Shown here: positions 59,655 through 64,000 of the stretch, one piece after another
Position numbering within the stretch: position 1 is the first letter of the stretch
How the letters are laid out: each line of letters opens with the position of its first letter
From: Halodesulfurarchaeum sp.
GTDB lineage: Archaea > Halobacteriota > Halobacteria > Halobacteriales > Halobacteriaceae
Reading direction: 5' to 3'
Assembly: GCA_034520565.1 (NCBI GenBank)
Contig: JAXHNL010000002.1
Span: 288,001-352,000, forward strand
DNA length: 64,000 nucleotides
Notes under the pieces: model-generated
What the model was told of the DNA's origin: nothing
Seen by the model: only the letters and a program-made list of their open reading frames with translations
Databases searched by the model: none
Translations under genes and position numbers: made by a program

Positions 59655-60806
59655 ATGACAGACGAGCTCAAAAAGGGCCTCGAGGATGTCCTGGTCGCGG
59701 AGTCCGCCCTCAGCGACATCGACGGGGCGCGGGGCGAACTCTCCTACCGCGGCTACCCGATCGACGTGTTGGCGTCGAAGACGACCTATGAGGAGGTCCT
59801 CTACCTCCTCTGGAACGAGGAACTGCCGACGGCGGCGGAACTCGACACCTTCGAATCCGAGATGCGAGAGGCCCGAGCGGTCGGTCCGGGGATTTACGAC
59901 CAGCTGGAGTTACTCGCCGAGTCCGGCGAGCGACCGATCTCGGCGCTTCGCTCCTCTGTCTCGATGCTCTCCGCGGAGGATCCCGTCACGGGTGCGGACC
60001 CGACCGACCTCGACGCGGCCCGGCGCATGGGCCGGCAGATCTCCGCGAAGTTCCCGACCGTGCTGGCCGCCTTCGACCGCCTCCGAAACGGCAAGCAACC
60101 GGTCGAGCCGCGGAGAGATCTCCCCCTGGCGGCGAACTTCCTCTACATGCTCACCGGGACCGAGCCCGATCCGCTTCACGCCGAGATCTTCGACAAGGCG
60201 CTCACCCTCCACGCGGATCACGGGCTCAACGCCTCGACGTTCACCGCCATGGTCGTCGGCTCCACGCTCGCGGACGTCTACAACTGCGTGACGGCCGCGG
60301 TCGCGGCGCTCTCGGGACCGCTCCATGGCGGCGCGAATCAGGAAGTCATGGAGGCCCTGCTCGAGATCGACGAGGGACCGCTTTCGGCCACCGAGTGGAC
60401 CGAGGAGCTGCTCGATTCCGGCAAACGGGTTCCCGGCTGGGGCCACCGGGTCTACGACGTGCTCGACCCACGGGCCGAGATTCTCCGGTCCGAACTCGCC
60501 CGGCTCTCCGAGGCGACCGAGGACTGTCACTGGCTCGAATACCTCGAGGACATCGAGGTCCACCTCACGGAGGTGGTCGGGCTTCCCGAACGGGGCGTCG
60601 CACCCAACGTGGACTTCTACTCGGGAGCGATCTACCACCAGCTCGGCATTCCACTTGACATGTTCACGGCCGTCTTCGCGATGAGCCGATCGACCGGCTG
60701 GATCGGCCACGTCCTCGAGTACCAGCAGGACAACAAACTCATCCGGCCGCGGGGCCGGTACATCGGCCCGAAGAACCGCGAGTTCGTTCCCCTCGAGGAG
60801 CGGTAG
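59655..60806 (+). CDS. citZ: Citrate synthase
   Basis: KGLEDV, LSYRGY, HADHGLNASTF, GPLHGGAN, GWGHRVY, PNVDFYSG, LIRPR. Confidence 0.96.
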   Translation: MTDELKKGLEDVLVAESALSDIDGARGELSYRGYPIDVLASKTTYEEVLYLLWNEELPTAAELDTFESEMREARAVGPGIYDQLELLAESGERPISALRSSVSMLSAEDPVTGADPTDLDAARRMGRQISAKFPTVLAAFDRLRNGKQPVEPRRDLPLAANFLYMLTGTEPDPLHAEIFDKALTLHADHGLNASTFTAMVVGSTLADVYNCVTAAVAALSGPLHGGANQEVMEALLEIDEGPLSATEWTEELLDSGKRVPGWGHRVYDVLDPRAEILRSELARLSEATEDCHWLEYLEDIEVHLTEVVGLPERGVAPNVDFYSGAIYHQLGIPLDMFTAVFAMSRSTGWIGHVLEYQQDNKLIRPRGRYIGPKNREFVPLEER

Positions 60807-60997
60807 GCCCGGCTCGGCGGTGCCGAACGGGTTCGTTTCACGCCCCATGGTAACTCGGGGCAAGATCTGCCGGCTTTCGGCCGAATGACAGCTGTCAGAC
60901 AATCGCGTTTCAGGGCCTGAGACCCCTGCGAACCGGGCCGTTTCACTTTCACCATGCATGCGAATGAATTATAACCCCTCCCTGTATATACCCAGTT

Positions 60998-61100
60998 GCG
61001 GGTCACACGTTCCCAACGTTCCCACCGTTCCCTTCTTCGGCGGATGGCCGACACGCGGGGCCATCCCCACTCTTCGAACACGAGCCGCGGCGATATCCGT
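60998..61100 (+). ncRNA. Candidate small RNA in the citZ-ilvA intergenic region (ends approximate)
   Basis: AATTATAA box at 60967-60974; 3 x CGTTCCC with 9-nt period; perfect 8-bp hairpin 61042-61066. Confidence 0.45.
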
Positions 61101-61185
61101 TCCCGAGGGGGCGGACGGCCCTATCGCTTGCCCCAAACTGTGGCACATTACAAACCGTTAACAACCCCTGTTACATAGCGGGGAT

Positions 61186-62397
61186 ATGCTCAGTCTCTCC
61201 GACATCGAGGCGGCCCGGGACCGCGTTTCCGACGTGGCCCTGCATACCGCCCTCGAGTCTCAACGGACGTTCTCGGCGATGACGGGGGCGGACGTGCAGT
61301 TGAAGTTCGAAAACACCCAGCGGACGGGTTCGTTCAAGATTCGTGGGGCGACAAACCGAATCAGGAAACTCTCCGAGAGCGAGCGCGAAGCGGGGGTCAT
61401 CACGGCGAGCGCGGGGAACCACGCCCAGGGAGTGGCCCTGGCGGCACAGCGCAGCGACGTGGACGCGCTCATCGTGATGCCCGAGTTCGCGCCGATCTCG
61501 AAGGTCAACGCGACCCGGAGTTACGGGGCCGAAATCGAACTCCACGGCGAGGACTACGCCGACGCCCAGAAGCGGGCCCACGAGCTTGCCGAGGACACCG
61601 GGCGAACCTACGTACACGCCTACGAAGATCCGGCGGTGCAGGCCGGCCAGGGGACGATCGGCCTGGAGATCTTCGAGGACTGCCCGGACGTGGACACCGT
61701 CGTCGTGCCGATCGGCGGCGGGGGGTTGATCGCCGGCATCGCAACCGCGGTCAAGGAACGAAAGCCGTCGACGCGGGTCGTCGGCGTCCAGGCCGAGGGC
61801 GCGGCCACGGTGGCGAACTCGCTCACGAAGGAGGCGACGAACGAACTGGATTCCGTGGACACGATCGCGGACGGCATCGCGACCGGCGCCGTGGGCGAGA
61901 ACACGCTGCCGATCATCGACGAGCGGGTCGACGAGATCGTGACCGTCGACGACAGCGAGATCGCCTCGGCGATGACCCTCCTGCTGGAGCGGGCCAAGAC
62001 CCTCGTCGAGGGGGCCGGAGCCGTCCCGCTCGCCGCGGTCCTCGAGGAGAAGTTCGCCTACGAACCCGAGGAGACGATCGTCACGGTGCTCAGCGGCGGC
62101 AACATCGACCTCAACCTCCTCACGACGGTTCTCAGCCGGGGCCTGGTCGATCGCGGCCGGTTCGTGAAGATCCGGTCGGTCATGAAAGACCGCCCGGGGG
62201 CCCTCCGGGACTTCCTCAACATCGTCGCGGACTCCGGGGCCAACGTCTACGAGATCAACCACGACCGGGCCCGCCAGTCCTTCGCCATCGACGCCACGGA
62301 GATCGAGTTCGACATCGAAACCCGGGGTCACGACCACGTCGACCAGATCCTCGCGGAACTCCGCGAGGCCGGGTTCCCGGTCGAGGTCCGGACCTAG
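61186..62397 (+). CDS. ilvA: Threonine ammonia-lyase with C-terminal ACT domain
   Basis: ENTQRTGSFKIRGA, SAGNHAQG, PIGGGGL, LSGGNID, DRPGAL. Confidence 0.95.
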   Translation: MLSLSDIEAARDRVSDVALHTALESQRTFSAMTGADVQLKFENTQRTGSFKIRGATNRIRKLSESEREAGVITASAGNHAQGVALAAQRSDVDALIVMPEFAPISKVNATRSYGAEIELHGEDYADAQKRAHELAEDTGRTYVHAYEDPAVQAGQGTIGLEIFEDCPDVDTVVVPIGGGGLIAGIATAVKERKPSTRVVGVQAEGAATVANSLTKEATNELDSVDTIADGIATGAVGENTLPIIDERVDEIVTVDDSEIASAMTLLLERAKTLVEGAGAVPLAAVLEEKFAYEPEETIVTVLSGGNIDLNLLTTVLSRGLVDRGRFVKIRSVMKDRPGALRDFLNIVADSGANVYEINHDRARQSFAIDATEIEFDIETRGHDHVDQILAELREAGFPVEVRT

Positions 62398-62463
62398 AGG
62401 AGCAGTGGGGTGGCAGAAACAGTTTTGCCTGCATTTATGATCCCCCGCCGAGACCACTCAAGC

Positions 62464-62841
62464 ATGAAGCGGATCATCGACACCCCCGAAGCGCCCGCCG
62501 CCGTCGGCGCGTACAGTCAGGCGACGACGGACGGAAACCTCCTGTTCACCGCCGGCCAGCTTCCGCTGACGGTCGACGGGGAGCTGCTCGACGACGAGCC
62601 GATCGAGATCCAGACCCGCCAGGCCCTCGAGAACGTCAAGGCCATCCTCGAGGAGGAGGGCCTGACGATGCAGGACGTGCTCAAGGTCACCGTCCTCATG
62701 GACGATATCTCCGAGTTCGACGAGATGAACGAGACCTACGCGGAGTACTTCCAGGACAACCCGCCGGCCCGGAGCGCCTTCGAAGTGAGCGAAGTCCCGA
62801 AGGGCGCCAAGATCGAGATCGAAGCGATCGCCGCCCAGTAG
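62464..62841 (+). CDS. ridA: RidA-family reactive intermediate deaminase
   Basis: APAAVGAYSQA, AGQLP, MNETYAEYF, PPARS, IEIEAIA; adjacent to ilvA. Confidence 0.92.
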   Translation: MKRIIDTPEAPAAVGAYSQATTDGNLLFTAGQLPLTVDGELLDDEPIEIQTRQALENVKAILEEEGLTMQDVLKVTVLMDDISEFDEMNETYAEYFQDNPPARSAFEVSEVPKGAKIEIEAIAAQ

Positions 62842-62847
62842 ACGGGC

Positions 62848-63051
62848 ATGGACGACCGGACGAAGGCGAGTCTTCTCTGGGGACTCGCTGGTGGCCTCGC
62901 GTTCCTGGTGCTCGTCCAGACCAGTCGGCTCTTCGCGGCGCTGGAACTCGGGCTTCCGCGGTTGGTTCCGGTGGCGGTCGCCGTCTTCGCGGCGACGGCG
63001 GGGCTGGGCTGGCTCGTCGAGGGACGACTGGCACGGAAAAGACAGGTTTAA
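62848..63051 (+). CDS. Small two-TM membrane protein
   Basis: 67 aa, two hydrophobic helices, co-oriented 6 nt after ridA. Confidence 0.7.
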   Translation: MDDRTKASLLWGLAGGLAFLVLVQTSRLFAALELGLPRLVPVAVAVFAATAGLGWLVEGRLARKRQV

Positions 63052-63079
63052 TTCGCGGCAGTCGGTTAGCAGGAACCGT

Positions 63080-63161
63080 GCCGGGGTGGCCGAATGGCAA
63101 AGCGCACGCCTGGAAAGCGTGTCCCCGTTAGGGGTTCTGGGTTCAAATCCCAGTCCCGGCG
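63080..63161 (+). tRNA. tRNA-Ser (anticodon GGA)
   Basis: Acceptor GCCGGGG/TCCCGGC, anticodon arm CACGC-CTGGAAA-GCGTG, long variable arm, T-loop TTCAAAT; CCA not encoded. Confidence 0.96.
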
Positions 63162-63170
63162 TCCACCGAC

Positions 63171-63325
63171 CTTTTGCTATGCGAGGAGCCTCTGGCTCCT
63201 CGCTTGCAAAAGCTCGGCCAAAAGGCGTCCTCACCCCCTCTGGGGGTTCGTCGCCCGGCGCTCCCACTGGTCGCGCCGTGAATTGCGGCCCTCGGGTCCT
63301 GACGGACCGCTCGGCTCGCGAATGC
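63171..63325. repeat. Multi-hairpin palindromic intergenic element (REP/MITE-like)
   Basis: CTTTTGC..GCGAGGAGCC-TCT-GGCTCCTCGC..GCAAAAG plus ACCCCC-TCT-GGGGGT, CGGCGC/GCGCCG and GGTCC-TGAC-GGACC. Confidence 0.6.
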
Positions 63326-63683
63326 ATCGTATATTTGCCACATTTGCAGGTGACTCGATTCGGTCCGTAGCTGCTGTGATGTCCACGAAAATGGGACTCC
63401 TCACGAGAACTTCCGGGGAAGGTAGGCTATCAGAGATTGCCGAGTCGGACAAATGACACCCGCTGATGATCAACACGAATGGACGCCCCGAGCACTACTT
63501 GCATACGGGTGGCAATTACGCCAGAACATCCACTGCCGAATCAAAAGCCGGCTCCCGCTTGACCCCTTTCGAATTGCCACCTGACACCGGCCACATTGCT
63601 ATGGGTTCCTTATCCGAGCAGTGCCGCTAAACGGCCAAGGCCTTTCATCCGGTATGCCCCAATCCTCAACCGAGTCGGCCGAG

Positions 63684-63733
63684 TGTTGCAGAATGCCGAA
63701 GTAATTTATATAATGCTTCGCTAGTATGCAACA
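63684..63733 (+). promoter_or_regulatory. Promoter embedded in a 50-bp imperfect palindrome (putative autoregulatory operator)
   Basis: TGTTGCA..CGAAG-TAATTTATATAATG-CTTCG..TGCAACA; both arm pairs centred at 63708/63709. Confidence 0.65.
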
Positions 63734-63735
63734 GC

Positions 63736-64000
63736 ATGCTCACAGAAGGCGAGATTCGCGCCCTTACTACCCTCCACGGTGAGCAGACGGTCTCCGAACT
63801 CGCAACGAATCTCGATCGGAGTCCCAGCTACACCTCGGAACTCGTCGAACGGCTCGAAACGGCTGGCCTCGTCGAGACACGCCGAGAGGGGAAAACAAAG
63901 CAGATTCGACTGTCGGACGCAAAGGCACTCGAGTTGCTCACGGATCTAACGCAGCAGTATTCACACATCGACTGGCCGGAGCTGGTATCTGGTGCGGCCC
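63736..64000 (+). CDS. Winged-helix DNA-binding protein (3'-truncated by window edge)
   Basis: Not in ORF track; translates MLTEGEIRALTTLHGEQTVSELATNLDRSPSYTSELVERLETAGLVETRREGKTKQIRL..., open to the window end. Confidence 0.85.
   Translation, partial: MLTEGEIRALTTLHGEQTVSELATNLDRSPSYTSELVERLETAGLVETRREGKTKQIRLSDAKALELLTDLTQQYSHIDWPELVSGAA

Overview
GC-rich haloarchaeal (class Halobacteria) chromosomal segment, judged from its acidic proteins, short archaeal TATA-type promoters and the genes gatD, tiaS and SAMP. From left to right it holds: the 3' part of gpmI; a ~19 kb corrin-ring (cobalamin) biosynthesis cluster (cbiA, sirC, cobA, cbiMNQO, cbiT-L-F-G-H1-H2-X, chlID, cobN, cbiC, cbiE); a wHTH/PemK toxin-antitoxin pair whose toxin is frameshifted; icd, isoaspartyl peptidase, map, a HIT protein, an orphan histidine kinase and an NhaC-family antiporter; a metal-handling block (secreted Gly/Met/His-rich protein, P1B ATPase, HTH regulator, feoAB plus an 8-Cys microprotein); a nucleoside-degradation cluster; SAMP, gatD and msrB; a pstSCAB-phoU-regulator-arsC block with a dense patch of +1 frameshifts that is probably a sequencing artefact; tiaS, citZ, ilvA and ridA; and tRNA-Ser(GGA), followed by a multi-hairpin element and the probable start of an accessory island. 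The most interesting unexplained signals are two candidate promoter-bearing structured ncRNAs (~33.8 kb and ~61.0 kb), a palindromic motif shared by three cobalamin promoters, the 8-Cys FeoB partner, and a secreted, almost charge-free prion-like protein. Gene calls come from motif recognition only; no database searches were run.
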